DNA of 64,000 nucleotides from Opitutales bacterium. GTDB lineage: Bacteria > Verrucomicrobiota > Verrucomicrobiia > Opitutales > JAVBMG01. A model generated the notes under the pieces. That model did not search any database. It worked only from the letters and a program-made list of their open reading frames with translations, and had not been told where the DNA came from. Numbering within the stretch: the stretch's first letter is position 1; the number at the start of each line of letters is the position of its first letter. Position numbers and translations under genes: made by a program. The stretch spans positions 24,100 to 88,099 of the forward strand of contig JAVBMG010000003.1 of the NCBI GenBank assembly GCA_031552815.1. Direction: 5' to 3'. Shown here piece after piece: positions 10,547-20,346 of this stretch.

Positions 10547-10597
10547 GTTTTAAGAAATGCTGTTTAGGGTTCTGTTAAATGATTTGAGGCGAACGGA

Positions 10598-12544
10598 TCA
10601 ACGTTCGAAATAAGTGTATCCCCTCAATCCGTTTTCATAGGCTTCAACAATTTTCCGGCGCATCTTAAGATTGATCATTTCATCCTTGAGCGCCTGGTCA
10701 ACGCGGTTACGGAATTCCTGCAAGAGAAGTTTCGGATCGTACTCGACATAACTGAGAACGTCATTGACGGAGTCGCCTTCGATCTCGCGTACGTATTCAA
10801 ATGCATTTTCGCCGATGATTTTCACGCTGACTACATTGGTGTCGCCGAGAAGGTTGTGCAGGTCCCCGAGTGTTTCCTGATAAGCGCCGACGAGGAATGC
10901 CCCGAGAACGTACTCGTCGTTTTCCTTGAGTTCATGCAACGGTAGCGTGAAGCGTACATCGCGCAGGTCGATAAAGCGGTCAATCTTTCCGTCACAGTCG
11001 CAGGTAATGTCGGAAATGATGGCGTTGCAGGTGGGTTTCTCGTCGAGGCGATGAACGGGGATGATCGGGAAAAGCTGGTTGATGGCCCAAGAGTCAGGCA
11101 ACGACTGGAAGACGCTGAAGTTCCCGTAGTAGATATCAGCAAGCCAGCTGTCCAGTTTTTCAAAGTCATCGGGAACATAATCCATTCCTTTCACTACTGC
11201 CTGGATTTGCTTGAGTATTGTCCAGAATATCTGTTCGACAAGCGCGCGGTGACGGAGTGATGCGTGACCTTGCTTGAAGCGTTCGCGCAACTCATCGCGA
11301 TAGATGAGGGCATCGTGATAGATTTCCTGTATATTCTTTGGCGAGAGTTTTGTCTTTGAGAGGTCGAAAATATCCAGAAGCTGACTTGGCGAGTCGGCGG
11401 GAATGGTTTTAGGAACATTGACTGTCGCGATGCGGCTGATATCGAGAATGTTAAAGAGGAGTACGGAATAGTAGGCTACTGTTGCGCGTCCTGATTCAGT
11501 GACGATGATAGGATGCGGAATTTCCTTGGGATCAAGCACGCTCATGATGCTGTCAACAAGCGTACGGCAGTACTCGCCGACTGTGTAGTTGCAGCTTACC
11601 ACGGAGTAATTGGAATTGGAGCCGTCATAATCGACGGCGAGACCGCCGCCGAGGTCAAGCATGCCCATGGGCGCGCCTTCCTCGACAAGTCCGGTGTAAA
11701 CGCGGCAGGCTTCGATGATACCGTTACGGATGTCGCGGATATCCGGAATCTGTGAACCGAGGTGGTAATGGAGCATCTTCAGCCAATGAAGCTTGCCGGC
11801 CTGTTTGAGCTGGTCGACGACTTCCATGATCTGCGTGGCATTGAGTCCGAATACGCTGCGGTCGCCGCCGGTATCTTTCCAATGCCCGCCGGCGCAGGCG
11901 GAAAGTTTTACGCGTACACCGAGCACGGGATCAATGCCCAGCGCTTCGGAGCGTTCGAGGATGACGGGGAGTTCCTTGGGTGTTTCGATAACAAAAACGC
12001 AATCGACACCGATCTGGCGCGCATACAAGCCGAGATCAATGAATTCGGAGTCCTTGTATCCGTTACAGACGAGCAGCGTTCCTTTGCGCATCCCGACATA
12101 GGGAATGGCTGCGAGTAGTTCGGCCTTGCTTCCGGCTTCAAGTCCGTGATGGTATTTCGAGCCGAATTTGGCAACTTCCTCAAGTACCTGCTGCTGTTGG
12201 TTTACCTTAATGGGATAAACGCCGCGGTATTTGCCTTTGTATTTACTGTCGGCAATGGCCTGTTCAAAACTTTCGTAAAGTTTTTGTATTTGCGAATCAA
12301 GAATGTTCACGACGCGAATAAGCGCGGGCAAGTCAAAGCCGCGTTCTTTCATGTCATTCACGATGTCAATGAGGCGGACGGAGAATTTCTTTGCGGAGTC
12401 AAGTGCGTTAACAACGACGTTGCCTTTCTTGTCTACCTCGAAATGACCGGCTCCCCAGTTATTGATCCCGTATAGATCAATGGAATTTTTGACGTCCCAT
12501 TCGCTTGTTTCTGCTACGGATTGCTTTTTCTGTTTCTTTGCCAC
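10598..12544 (-). CDS. speA: Biosynthetic arginine decarboxylase
   Basis: YPIKVNQ (PLP lysine), GLEAGSKAEL, HYHLGSQI, DLGGGLAVDYDG, DITCDCDG, GAYQETLGDLHNL. Probable GTG start at 12544 (VAKKQKK). Confidence 0.93.
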   Translation of the reverse strand: MAKKQKKQSVAETSEWDVKNSIDLYGINNWGAGHFEVDKKGNVVVNALDSAKKFSVRLIDIVNDMKERGFDLPALIRVVNILDSQIQKLYESFEQAIADSKYKGKYRGVYPIKVNQQQQVLEEVAKFGSKYHHGLEAGSKAELLAAIPYVGMRKGTLLVCNGYKDSEFIDLGLYARQIGVDCVFVIETPKELPVILERSEALGIDPVLGVRVKLSACAGGHWKDTGGDRSVFGLNATQIMEVVDQLKQAGKLHWLKMLHYHLGSQIPDIRDIRNGIIEACRVYTGLVEEGAPMGMLDLGGGLAVDYDGSNSNYSVVSCNYTVGEYCRTLVDSIMSVLDPKEIPHPIIVTESGRATVAYYSVLLFNILDISRIATVNVPKTIPADSPSQLLDIFDLSKTKLSPKNIQEIYHDALIYRDELRERFKQGHASLRHRALVEQIFWTILKQIQAVVKGMDYVPDDFEKLDSWLADIYYGNFSVFQSLPDSWAINQLFPIIPVHRLDEKPTCNAIISDITCDCDGKIDRFIDLRDVRFTLPLHELKENDEYVLGAFLVGAYQETLGDLHNLLGDTNVVSVKIIGENAFEYVREIEGDSVNDVLSYVEYDPKLLLQEFRNRVDQALKDEMINLKMRRKIVEAYENGLRGYTYFER

Positions 12545-12899
12545 TCTTTTTAATATCCTGTTGGAAAAATAAAATGCAAGCAGTGTAAGGGAAAGTTTAG
12601 GGAAAAGAATACAAAAATATGTATCTTTAAAGAAAAAGACGGGTTTTTTGAAACAGGGAGGTCTTGGGTGAATATTACGGTCATTGAATCGGTATGATTT
12701 TCGTGGACATTCTATGCGGAAGATTCCGATGCTTAGGGCTGGCATTTTATTGAAAACGGCTGAAGTGCTTTCATCATTCTACTAGCATAATTTATCACTG
12801 AAATCAGATAGGTAGCGTTCTAAATGCCAAAATATTTATAATTGATTCCTAATCCACTTTAGTTGTGGAGTAGAGAAATTGCTAGGCAAATGGAAAATC

Positions 12900-12910
12900 T
12901 GTGGTATAAT
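12900..12910 (+). promoter_or_regulatory. Extended -10 promoter element (TGnTATAAT)
   Basis: TGTGGTATAAT about 38 bp upstream of the ATG at 12948. Confidence 0.5.
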
Positions 12911-12947
12911 CAGTAATTTAAAAGCTACCTTTAGAATTCAAACCATT

Positions 12948-14306
12948 ATGAAAAAACAAGTAGTTACTCGTAAGTTCATCAAGCCATCTTTCGATTATCT
13001 GATAACAAAGAAACGTGACGGAGGAGAATTCTCTGATGAGGAAATCCGGTATATTGTGGAATCCATCTATAATACCATGGATCCCAAATCGCCGGCTGAG
13101 TCCAAGATGCCGGATTACCAGATGTCGGCGCTTTGCATGGCCATTTATTTTAAGGGGATGTCTGCCCAGGAAACAGCAGTGCTTGCCGAGGAGATGATGC
13201 TTTCCGGTGAAGTGATCGACTTGTCAAAAATCAACAAGCCGAAGATTGAAAAATATTCCACCGGAGGAGTCGGAGACAAGACTTCGCTGGTGCTCGGACC
13301 CTTGGCGGTAGCATGCGGCGTTGTCATGCCGATGATGAACAGCGTCGATGAAGAGTTTCTTATTTCGAATCTGGATAAACTGGCTTCCATTCCGGGATTC
13401 AAGACGCAATTGGACTTCAAGGATTTCTCTAACCAGTTGCGTACACTGGGTGTGGCGATGTGTGCCCAGGATGACCAGATTGCTCCCGTCGAGCGCATTA
13501 TTCATGAGATGCGCCGCAAGACAGGTACGATCCCGAGTTTGCCGCTTATTACCAGCAGTGTGCTGAGCAAGAAATTTGCGCAGGGTGCGGAAGGTATCGT
13601 TGTCGACGTGAAGTGGGGCAATGGTTCTTACATCAGTGATCTTGAACAGGCTACCTTGCTGGCCCGTTCCATTACCCGCGTAAGCCGTTCAATGGAAAAG
13701 CGTTGCGTTGCGTTGGTAACGGACATGAATCAGCCGTTTGGCGATTGTGTCGGTACTGCGCTGGAAATACAGGAAGCGATCAAGTTGCTTAAGGGCGAAG
13801 GCCCGGAAGACCTGAAGGAACTGGTCTTGCGTTTGGGTATGGAAATTGTCCGTCTGGCCGGAGTTGCCGGTTCGACGCTTTCCGCGCGCCAAACGGTGGA
13901 AAGCCGCTTGCAGGACGGCAGTGCGCTTGAAGTCTTTAAGCAAATGGTGAAGATGCAGGGAGGCGATGCCAGCTACATTGACAATCCTGAGAAATTCCCG
14001 AAAGCAAAGTATGTCCGTAAATTGCCTTCACCGAAACGCGGTTATGTGCATTCCATCAATGCGGGAATGATTGCCCGAGGCGTGAAAATGCTTTCAACCG
14101 ATGACAAGGGCAAGGTGGATTATACTGCGGGTGTCACTGAGATCAAGAAGGTCGGTGCGCAGATGAAGCAAGGGGAGCCATTGATGATGATTCATTACAA
14201 TGATGAAAGCCGTCTGGATTCCGCATTGGAGTATTTGCGTCAGGCTTACCGTTTGGCTCCGAAGCGTCCGAACTCTCCCCAGTTGATTGTGGAGCGTGTT
14301 GCCTAA
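12948..14306 (+). CDS. Thymidine/pyrimidine-nucleoside phosphorylase-family protein with altered active-site motifs
   Basis: KKRDG, STGGVGDK, LSKK, DVKWGNG, LVTDMNQP motifs present. Canonical DKHS reads EKYS and the SGRGLGHTGGT loop reads NSVDEEFLISN. Confidence 0.85.
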   Translation: MKKQVVTRKFIKPSFDYLITKKRDGGEFSDEEIRYIVESIYNTMDPKSPAESKMPDYQMSALCMAIYFKGMSAQETAVLAEEMMLSGEVIDLSKINKPKIEKYSTGGVGDKTSLVLGPLAVACGVVMPMMNSVDEEFLISNLDKLASIPGFKTQLDFKDFSNQLRTLGVAMCAQDDQIAPVERIIHEMRRKTGTIPSLPLITSSVLSKKFAQGAEGIVVDVKWGNGSYISDLEQATLLARSITRVSRSMEKRCVALVTDMNQPFGDCVGTALEIQEAIKLLKGEGPEDLKELVLRLGMEIVRLAGVAGSTLSARQTVESRLQDGSALEVFKQMVKMQGGDASYIDNPEKFPKAKYVRKLPSPKRGYVHSINAGMIARGVKMLSTDDKGKVDYTAGVTEIKKVGAQMKQGEPLMMIHYNDESRLDSALEYLRQAYRLAPKRPNSPQLIVERVA

Positions 14307-14313
14307 GTGTTTT

Positions 14314-14354
14314 AAAAACAAAAACCTGCGATGATTTCGCAGGTTTTTTTGTTT
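14314..14354. terminator. Bidirectional terminator between convergent genes
   Basis: AAAAACCTGCGA-TGATT-TCGCAGGTTTTTTT. Confidence 0.8.
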
Positions 14355-14394
14355 CGGTTGCCGTGTAAAAGTATGCTACCGGGTACTATTGGGG

Positions 14395-17300
14395 TTATCC
14401 GATTTTCGCTTCTTCGGCCTGTCCGGTTTCACGGTTGAAGCGCATGGAAATCAGGCGTGTCACACCGCGTTCCTGCATGGTGGCTCCATATATATTGTCC
14501 GCGGTTGCTATGGTGCGCTTGCTGTGGCTGACGACAAGGAATTGCGAATACTGGGTGAACTGGCGGACCATGTCGGTAAAGCGGCCGATATTGGCTTCGT
14601 CCAGCGGTGCGTCCAATTCGTCGAGTACGCAGAAGGGTGAAGGTTTTACCATATAAATGGCGAAAAGCAATGCTACCGCCGTCATGGTTTTCTGCCCGCC
14701 GCTGAGCAATGTCAGGCTGCGTAATTTTGTACCGGGAGGCCGCGCGATGATTTCGATACCGGAATCAAGCGGGTCTTCGGTGGTAAGCAACTGGAGGTCG
14801 GCAAAACCGCCGCCGAATAACTTTTCGAAGGTGAAATGGAAATTCTTGCGGATTTGTTCAAAGGTGTTCTGGAAAAGCTGCAGTGAAGTTTTATTGATTT
14901 CATCAATGGCCTTAAGCAATTCTTCCTTTGATTTCCAAAGGTCGTCACTTTGCGTTTTGAGAAAATTGTAGCGTTCGCGCAACTCTACGTATTCGGCGAT
15001 GGCGTTAAGATTGACGGAATCGGACATGGACAGCACCTTTTCACGAAGTACCTTGATTTCTTCGGCTATCGGTACCCAATCGGTGTGATCCATTGCTGCA
15101 AAGTCCTCATCGGTCGGATCACCGCGATGTTTGGCTTTTGCCTCGGGTTCACCGTCTTCGAGTTCGTCAAGATTGACGCGTGTAACAAATTCGGTATCTG
15201 CTTCCCAAAGTTCTTTTTTCCATGCTACCGTTGCGATGTCTATCTGATAGTCGGTCTGGAATTTTTCCTGGATAAAGCTGCGTTGATTGCGTTCTCCTGC
15301 CAGGGAAATCTCTACCTTGCTCAATACTCCCGTAAGTTCCTGAACCTGATCGCGTTCTCCCGAAATGCTTTGTTCCTTTTCAGCAACCTGGGCGGTGATT
15401 TCATCGTATTCCTTTTTTTCCTGAAGAAGGAGTGTCTGGAGCATTTCGAGTTGCAGGGCGAGTTCGGATGCCTTGGATTGGTAAGCGGCTGCCTGCTGCT
15501 GCGATTCGGCGATCTGTGCGCGTACGCGGTCAAGTTCCTGACTGAGGCGGGCAACCCGGTTGATTGTCTCGGCTTTCTGTTGCTGGATTTCGGATAATCC
15601 GCGCTCAATGATTTCAAGACGTTGTTTTTTCTCCTGAAGATCAAAGCGTACGGCGGAAAGCGATTCCCGGCGTTGGTCGAGGTCAAGGCGGAGCGTGGTT
15701 ATTTTTAATTCAAATTCACTGATACGCGCTTTCTTCTCCTCAATGTTCCTTTCTGCTTCCGCAAGGGTTCCTTGCGCTTCCTGGAGTTTCTGGCGTGAAC
15801 TTTCTCCGGAGTATTCGAAGTCCGAGAGGTCTTTCTCACTTTTTTCTCTCTCTCTGTTATTTTGTTCGAGTTGCTGCTGAACGCCTTTTTCTTCTGCTTG
15901 CAGCGTGGAGATTTCCTGTCCGATTTCAACGGTGAGCTGGCGGCGTTCCTCAATTTTGTTTTCTGTCCCGGTCAGCTCGTTTTGTAGTTTTTCCCGTTGT
16001 TCGTGAAGTGCATCAAGAATTTTTTGCTTCTCGGTGATTTCCTGCTTAAGGGTACGAATGTCGTTCTGTCTTTGGAGGAAGGAGGCATTGCTGCCGCCTT
16101 TACCTTTGCCGCCGTAAACCAGTCCGCGCCTGTCCAGCAGTTCTCCGTTTTGCGTGGCAACGAACAGGAATTCAAAGGCAGGATTTTCTTTCCAGAAATC
16201 AAGGAAATGATCGAGTGTGTCGCAAAAATAGCAGTGAGCGGTAAAACGCGAGAGGGCATCTTTCAGGGACTCGTTGCTGGTGCTGACCTTTGTTTTAACG
16301 GCAGCGATGAATTCGGGCAGCGCGGTTACATGACCAGTTTGTGCCCCGGGAACGGATGGTATCTGAAGGCTGGCTTTCCCGTATTCATTGCGTGAGAGTT
16401 CGCGGAATACGGCTGAGGCGCTGATATTGTCCTGTATGACGAGTGTGTCCGCTGCGCCGCTGAGCAATGCTTCCATTGCGGAAGTATATGTGCTAGGGAT
16501 GATAAGATCCTGGGAAAGCAGTCTGCAGGCATCCGGCGGTAGCGTGTCCTGCAATTTTCCTTTCAGAATGGCTTTTGCGCCTTCGCTGAAACCTTCCATT
16601 TTCTCCTGGAGATCTTCAAGGAGTTTTAGCTGGGCTGTCCGGCGGGTGAGTTCGCGGTCCTGATTTTGCAGATCGCTTTGGAGTTGCCTGAATTGGGTAA
16701 GAAGATCGGTCAGCGCTTTTTTATCCAGAGCAAGTGTTTCCTGTTCGCGTGCGTTTTCGCTTTGTCTGATTTCCAGTGTTTTCCTGATTTCAGCGAGTTC
16801 CTGTTCCTTTGATTGGCGTTCGTTGTTGAGTTTGTAAAGCTGTTCGCTAAGGGTTGCGTGTCTTTCCTGGTATTTGCTGAGCTCGACTTCGATGCTTGTG
16901 CAATTGGAGCGAAGGCGCGTAATGCTGCCTTCGTACATGAGCAATTCCTGACGGGCTTCGTTCCAGCTTTGTTCCGTGGTCTTCAGTTCGCTCTGCTGGG
17001 AATTGAGTTCCTCATTGCGTTTCTTTACGATCTCATCGGAAGAACCGACCAGGTTGAGCTGTTCCTGTTTAAAGGAGGTGTTGTCTGCCGCTTTTTTGTC
17101 GAGAGCATCGCGGTAACTCAGGATCTCCGCAATTTCCGTTTCAATCTCGGCAATGCGGTTTTGAAGATCGTTACAGCGTGTTTCCAGCAGATATTTGCTT
17201 TGTACTTCGGCATTTTCCTTTTCGGAGCGAAGATCAAAAATTCCCTGCTGGCGGTTTTGTATGTTTGCGTTGAGTTCGCTGAGCCGAGCCCTAAGGCCTG

Positions 17301-18108
17301 AGATCAATTCTTCGGTTCCGCGCAGTTCCGATTTTTTCCCGTCAAAGCGATTGCGCAGTTTTGCCTCTTCGGTTTCAAGTTGGGCAATGGATTCCTCGAG
17401 CCTTGCATGGCGGAATCCGTGATAGGCCAGATCCAGGTGTGTAAGGCGATGTTTGAGGCGTTGGTAGCGGAGCGCTTTGCCTGCCTGACGTTTGAGCGAG
17501 CCTATTTGCCGGCTGACTTCTTCGATCACATCACTGACTCGGGAGAGGTTTTGCTCGACAAGTTCCAGTTTGGAGAGCGCTTCCTTGCGCTGTGTTTTAT
17601 AGCGGGTGATTCCTGCTGCTTCTTCAAAGATGGAACGGCGTTCCGAAGGGTTTGCGGAAAGTATCTGGTCAATCTGTCCCTGCGCCATGAAAGAGTAGGA
17701 TTGTTGCCCGATACCCGTATCCATGAACAGGTTCTGAATATCCTTTAGCCGGCATGCTTTACTGTTTATGTAGTAATCGCTTTTACCGTCAACGGAGACG
17801 CGTCGTTTAATTTCGACTTCGTTGAACCCATTACCAAGCGCAGACTCGCAATCGCCGAAGAGGAGGGCGACTTCGCACATGGATAGCGGTTTACGTTTAT
17901 CCGTACCTGCAAAAATAACATCCTGCATATTACCGCCACGAAGGGCCTTGGCCGACTTTTCTCCCAATACCCATCGGATAGCATCCACAATATTGCTTTT
18001 TCCGCAGCCATTGGGACCGACAATACAGGTTATACCTGGTTCAAGCTGAATTCTTGTCTTGTCAGCGAAACTTTTAAAGCCGTTGAATGTTACTTCTTTT
18101 AAATACAT
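14395..18108 (-). CDS. smc: Chromosome segregation protein SMC
   Basis: GFKSF, Walker A GPNGCGKSN, long coiled coils with hinge, LSGGQ signature, LDELDAPLD. Confidence 0.97.
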   Translation of the reverse strand: MYLKEVTFNGFKSFADKTRIQLEPGITCIVGPNGCGKSNIVDAIRWVLGEKSAKALRGGNMQDVIFAGTDKRKPLSMCEVALLFGDCESALGNGFNEVEIKRRVSVDGKSDYYINSKACRLKDIQNLFMDTGIGQQSYSFMAQGQIDQILSANPSERRSIFEEAAGITRYKTQRKEALSKLELVEQNLSRVSDVIEEVSRQIGSLKRQAGKALRYQRLKHRLTHLDLAYHGFRHARLEESIAQLETEEAKLRNRFDGKKSELRGTEELISGLRARLSELNANIQNRQQGIFDLRSEKENAEVQSKYLLETRCNDLQNRIAEIETEIAEILSYRDALDKKAADNTSFKQEQLNLVGSSDEIVKKRNEELNSQQSELKTTEQSWNEARQELLMYEGSITRLRSNCTSIEVELSKYQERHATLSEQLYKLNNERQSKEQELAEIRKTLEIRQSENAREQETLALDKKALTDLLTQFRQLQSDLQNQDRELTRRTAQLKLLEDLQEKMEGFSEGAKAILKGKLQDTLPPDACRLLSQDLIIPSTYTSAMEALLSGAADTLVIQDNISASAVFRELSRNEYGKASLQIPSVPGAQTGHVTALPEFIAAVKTKVSTSNESLKDALSRFTAHCYFCDTLDHFLDFWKENPAFEFLFVATQNGELLDRRGLVYGGKGKGGSNASFLQRQNDIRTLKQEITEKQKILDALHEQREKLQNELTGTENKIEERRQLTVEIGQEISTLQAEEKGVQQQLEQNNREREKSEKDLSDFEYSGESSRQKLQEAQGTLAEAERNIEEKKARISEFELKITTLRLDLDQRRESLSAVRFDLQEKKQRLEIIERGLSEIQQQKAETINRVARLSQELDRVRAQIAESQQQAAAYQSKASELALQLEMLQTLLLQEKKEYDEITAQVAEKEQSISGERDQVQELTGVLSKVEISLAGERNQRSFIQEKFQTDYQIDIATVAWKKELWEADTEFVTRVNLDELEDGEPEAKAKHRGDPTDEDFAAMDHTDWVPIAEEIKVLREKVLSMSDSVNLNAIAEYVELRERYNFLKTQSDDLWKSKEELLKAIDEINKTSLQLFQNTFEQIRKNFHFTFEKLFGGGFADLQLLTTEDPLDSGIEIIARPPGTKLRSLTLLSGGQKTMTAVALLFAIYMVKPSPFCVLDELDAPLDEANIGRFTDMVRQFTQYSQFLVVSHSKRTIATADNIYGATMQERGVTRLISMRFNRETGQAEEAKIG

Positions 18109-18214
18109 TTTTGGGCGGACATCATTTCATAAAACCTTTCCATCGTAAATTTAAAAAGAGAAATAACTATGATTTTAGAAATGTTTTATAAACATCGTTG
18201 CTTTAGATTGCATT

Positions 18215-18227
18215 TTGTCATAGACAA
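18215..18227. promoter_or_regulatory. Palindrome TTGTC-ATA-GACAA, candidate GntR/FadR-type operator
   Basis: Perfect 5-3-5 inverted repeat in the smc/gntR divergent intergenic region; fits the GT-N-AC pattern of GntR-family boxes. Confidence 0.35.
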
Positions 18228-18348
18228 GATGATCGCTTTTCATAAAAACGTCTTTTCGTATCACCAAAACATTAAACTTATATTAAAGAGTTTACAAAAT
18301 GTCAGGTGCATGGCAATGTAATATCATTAATTTAAATTATTTGAAATT

Positions 18349-19107
18349 ATGAACAATGATACAGAAAAATACCCATCGCTTGCCAAGCCAAGATTGAGTC
18401 ATACAGTTACGCAGTCTATTTTAGATGCTATTAAAGCTGGTGCGTATAAGCGCGGCGATAAACTGCCTTCTGAAGAATTTCTTTCGCAGGAATATAAAGT
18501 AAGCAGAACGGTTGTCCGGGAATCAATAAAGCAACTGGAAGCGCTTGGTATTTTACAGACAATTACTGGAAGCGGCAGTTATGTGCGATCCCTGGAATTC
18601 CAACAATTGGAACGACTATTCAGTCTTTTCCTGGTGTTGGCTCCCGACCATACTACCGTACTTGAGCTCTTTGATTTACGCGCAACGGTTGAAGTATATG
18701 CGGTACAATTACTGGCAAGAAGAAATGAGGACATTTCCCTGCGTCCGCTGGAGTTCGAACTCAAGACAATGAAAGAAATCATGGATAAAAGGGATAAATC
18801 CAAGGAAAAGGATGCTGATTATTATACCAGGATAGTAGGCCATGTGGAAGCTTTTCACCGGGCCATTGTGGATGCTACCGGCAATAAATTATTCCGTGCG
18901 GTTGTGTTTGCGTTTATTGAAAACTGGAAAAGTATTTATGGCTTCCCGGAACGTTACTCGGCGGATTTTCCGAATACTCTGTTTCAACAAATGGAATCCA
19001 TTTATCAGGCTATACGACAGGGAGATGCCAATGAGGCTGGGAAGGGTATGAAGCTTTATATGCGTGATGTGAGGGAATATGTTTATGCGGGAACCTTTCT
19101 TGGCTAA
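18349..19107 (+). CDS. GntR/FadR-family transcriptional regulator, copy 1
   Basis: wHTH GDKLPSEEFLSQEYKVSRTVVRE and FCD-type C-terminus FHRAIVDATGN. Confidence 0.93.
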   Translation: MNNDTEKYPSLAKPRLSHTVTQSILDAIKAGAYKRGDKLPSEEFLSQEYKVSRTVVRESIKQLEALGILQTITGSGSYVRSLEFQQLERLFSLFLVLAPDHTTVLELFDLRATVEVYAVQLLARRNEDISLRPLEFELKTMKEIMDKRDKSKEKDADYYTRIVGHVEAFHRAIVDATGNKLFRAVVFAFIENWKSIYGFPERYSADFPNTLFQQMESIYQAIRQGDANEAGKGMKLYMRDVREYVYAGTFLG

Positions 19108-19250
19108 GCTGATTAAAACTCATTTATGAATAAGAACGGCAGAAATGCCGTTCTTTTTTTATACGGTTCTTTGGGAACTGTTTTGAAGTATAAAGCAATT
19201 GCAGGCAGCTGCCCTTGACGTTTCTCGTTGCATCAGTACGCACGGAATCT
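19100..19250 (+). pseudogene. Strongly decayed 5' remnant of the Dph6-like ATPase gene
   Basis: TGGCTAAGCTGA..TTATGAATAAGAACGGC..GGTTCT..GCATCAGTACGCACGG aligns by eye to TGGCTGAGCTGA..TGATGAACTGGAGCGGC..GGTTCT..GTATCAGTATGCATGG at 21356-21506. Confidence 0.55.
19132..19160 (+). terminator. Intrinsic terminator after gntR copy 1
   Basis: AAGAACGGCA-GAAA-TGCCGTTCTT followed by TTTTT. Confidence 0.85.
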
Positions 19251-19259
19251 GTTTGTCAT

Positions 19260-19348
19260 GCGATACGGAGGCGATGCCAATGAAGTAGCAAAAGGGATGA
19301 AGCTTTATATGTGTGACGTCAGAGGATGCGTTTATACAGATAGTATCA
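19260..19348 (+). pseudogene. 3'-end fragment of a fourth gntR copy
   Basis: GCGATACGG..GGCGATGCCAATGAAG..ATGAAGCTTTATATGTGTGACGTCAGAGGATGCGTTTATACAGATAGTAT matches the last ~30 codons of the intact copies. Confidence 0.75.
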
Positions 19349-19584
19349 TGCATGTAGATAATTTATAAGTCGGAATGGCTGAGCCTCTATTTGCTTTTCA
19401 TATGAGATACTGTTGCATATCTATCATAAAAATTTAACCGTGAATGAATCTATTTTAAGTTTGACAGCATTGTTTTTTTTTTGATTTTTCTTCACATTAC
19501 TAAATGTAAAAACTTCGATTAATATGATTTTAAAATGTCGAATGTATGATAGGGTAGTATCGTTAATTTAAATTGTTTGAAATT

Positions 19585-20346
19585 ATGAACAATGACCTAG
19601 AAAAATATCCATCGCTTGCCAAACCACGGTTGAGTCATACAGTTACGCAATCTATTTTAGATGCTATTAAAGCTGGTGCGTATAAACGCGGCGATAAACT
19701 GCCTTCTGAAGAGTTCCTTTCCCAGGAGTATAAAGTAAGCAGAACGGTTGTCCGGGAATCAATAAAGCAGCTGGAAGCGCTTGGTATTCTGCAGACGATT
19801 ACGGGAAGCGGCAGTTATGTGCGTTCCCTGGAGTTCTATCAGTTGGAACGACTGTTCAGTCTTTTCCTGGTGTTGGCTCCGGATCATACATCGGTGCTTG
19901 AACTTTTTGACTTGCGGGCGACGGTTGAGATCTACGCCGTGCAATTATTGGCAAGAAGGAACGAGGAGATTTCCCTGCGTCCGCTGGAGTTCGAACTCAA
20001 GAAAATGAAAAAACTCATCGAGAATGGGGATAGCCTGAAAGAAAAAGATGCAAATGCTTACTATGATCAGGTCGCCACTCATCTGGAGGTTTTTCATAAG
20101 GCCGTCGTGGATGCTACCGGCAACAAGCTGTTCCGTGCGATTGTATTTGCGTTTATTGAAAACTGGCAAACCATTTACAAGTTTCCTGAGCGCTACCCGG
20201 TCGAGTTTCCCAATAACCTGGTTGCCCAGATTGAGTTTGTTTATCAGGCGATACGGCAAGGCGACGCCGGTGAAGCCGCAAAGGCGATGAAACTTTATAT
20301 GCGCGACGCAAGGGAATACGTTTATACAGATAATATTATTGCCTGA
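19585..20346 (+). CDS. GntR/FadR-family transcriptional regulator, copy 2
   Basis: N-terminal ~135 aa nearly identical to copies 1 and 3; ATG at 19585 by alignment with them. Confidence 0.93.
   Translation: MNNDLEKYPSLAKPRLSHTVTQSILDAIKAGAYKRGDKLPSEEFLSQEYKVSRTVVRESIKQLEALGILQTITGSGSYVRSLEFYQLERLFSLFLVLAPDHTSVLELFDLRATVEIYAVQLLARRNEEISLRPLEFELKKMKKLIENGDSLKEKDANAYYDQVATHLEVFHKAVVDATGNKLFRAIVFAFIENWQTIYKFPERYPVEFPNNLVAQIEFVYQAIRQGDAGEAAKAMKLYMRDAREYVYTDNIIA

Noticed and set aside
12545-12878. N-terminal extension of speA to 12745, or a riboswitch in the leader
   Set aside because: The extension is AT-rich and unlike protein; GTG at 12544 fits better. I recognised no riboswitch consensus.
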